From Dudresnaya verticillata (lineage: Eukaryota): a stretch of 64,000 bases of DNA. How positions within the stretch are numbered: position 1 is the stretch's first letter; each line of letters begins with the position of its first letter. Both the position numbers and the translations under genes were made by a program. The notes beneath the pieces are model-generated. The model was not told the DNA's origin and ran no database searches. It saw only the letters and a program-made list of their open reading frames with translations. The DNA is taken from positions 186,001-250,000 of the forward strand of contig OZ374560.1 of the NCBI GenBank assembly GCA_977862235.1, given 5' to 3'. Below, piece after piece: positions 62,374 through 64,000 of this stretch.

Positions 62374-64000
62374 CGACTCGCGGCCCCCGCAGCCCCGTTT
62401 GCGCGCGCGCGCGCACATGCGGCGCCAAGAGCCGCGGCGGGAGCGCGGGAGGCGCACGGGTGGATACACTGCTGCACGTGCCAGTTTCGCTGCGCAGCGG
62501 CAGCGGCAGCAGCCTTGCGGGCGCGGCCGGGCGCAAGGCGCGCCGGTGCGCAAGCGCTTGCGACACACCACTGTACTGTTTGTGGACCGTCGGCGCGGCG
62601 CGTCGACCCACCGCCGCCGCCGCCGCCGGTGCCGCCCGCTCAGCTTCTAACGGCGTCGTTGCGGTGCGGTGCTGTTACTCACCCACGCGCCCAACTGCCT
62701 GCGGACCAACTAATAACACTCTACATCTCGGAACGAGCAGTTTAGTGTCATCAACCACCACACTACCCCTAACCGTTTGCGCTGTGCTCCGTCTTCTTCG
62801 TCGCCCGCTTGTTACTACCTGCTGAGTGCCGTCTGTCAACTCGCCAATTTTATCGCTACAACACGCCCGCCCGCTTCCTTCGCTCGCTATTATCCACCGT
62901 GTGCAGCACGCGTTTCCCTTTCCCACTAAACAACTTTGCTTGCTCTGCTCTCGCCTTTGGTCACTGCGTGTTGGCACACGCAACCCTCGTGCTACACTAC
63001 GGCTCTTGCTCCAGCCCTGCGCTGCCGAACGCGCCCGTTGTTGTTGTTGTTGTTGTTGGTATTGCGGCGAACCGCGGCGTCCAACGAGGCGCAGTTGGAG
63101 AGGGACAGCAGTTGCACGCAAGTCGCACAACGCAGCCACCACATCAAAAAGCGGTGCAAAACACGCGCAACAACGATAACCGCTATTGCTCATAATGCTG
63201 TACATTACTGTATTACGCCCACCTTTGACGCATTTCCCGCCGCCCAATGTCGCCCACTGAGACGCCTCAAAACAAACATCTCAGCAATTTTGCCAACCGA
63301 TTTCCACGTAGCACCTCCGTCCGCCAGACCCAACAGCTGCCTGAGCAACGCCTTCTGCAATGTCCCCAGTGGTGCCAGCCCATCCTTATACTGTAGGTAT
63401 TGCTCTCTCACTCTCTGCCGTCGTCTTTAAAAGCAGTAGCATTACACGCAAACTAACATACACGCAGCTACGCGCTGTCATGTTGGCCTTTTCAATGCCA
63501 AAAAGTCCTTTGGGCACAGCGCCGGAACGTAATCGCATTTTGGCAACGATATTGGCAGAGATCACACTCGCATTGGCGAGTCACAACACCGTGTTAGTTA
63601 GTACGGACAACTACAATTCAATCAATGGCAGCGGCCATGCTCTTGTTCATAACACCGCAATCTCAGCAAACCATAAGCAAAACAAAACGCTCTTCTCTTC
63701 CGCTCACAATAAATTCGAGCTCCGCTAGACCTCTCACATTACAAATTCCGCACCGCAGCTCAGAACAATGGCGATAAAGAGACGGGGCGTATAAAACAAA
63801 TTGCTACAAATGTATGCGCATGCCAAGTTTTGGCTTTTCTGCTGGTCTTACCAACAACATATGGAAACCCACCACGTCCAAGGTCATTGTAGAAATCATT
63901 CTCCTTCAGCATGCCAGAATAAGACGAGTCCTCTAGTACACAAACAGGAAAAAGTTGCTTGCATTACCAATTGCCAGCCCAGCAACCCCATGTTCATCTT

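Noticed and set aside
63205..64000. Gene at the window end
   Set aside because: No frame gives a recognisable or consistent product.

Overview
Eukaryotic, transposon-rich DNA, probably from a red alga (inferred from element types and intron style, not proven). About 1-44.7 kb is nested and mostly decayed mobile DNA. It holds a GalEa-like Ty1/copia pol, a 1.66-kb TG..CA foldback, a Helitron-like short element, a solo LTR inserted in an RRP5 gene fragment, a Sola-type transposase pseudogene, two DIRS-like tyrosine-recombinase remnants, a chromodomain Ty3/gypsy element and a 5'-truncated LINE RT. About 45-62.4 kb holds host-type genes: a low-complexity putative regulator, a ~5-kb tandem duplication carrying a SHAQKYF-type MYB and a spliced MYCBP/AMY-1-like gene, and a C2H2 zinc-finger gene. 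Main observations: (1) two apparently identical inverted 913-bp solo LTRs have exchanged target-site duplications, and flipping the segment between them restores a ~480-codon antisense ORF plus a PPT and a 3' LTR; (2) four different LTR families share a U5 motif complementary to a tRNA D-arm, next to a tRNA-Tyr-type PBS, suggesting an extended priming system; (3) the 1.66-kb element is palindromic over its whole length. All alignments were made by eye and no database search was possible.
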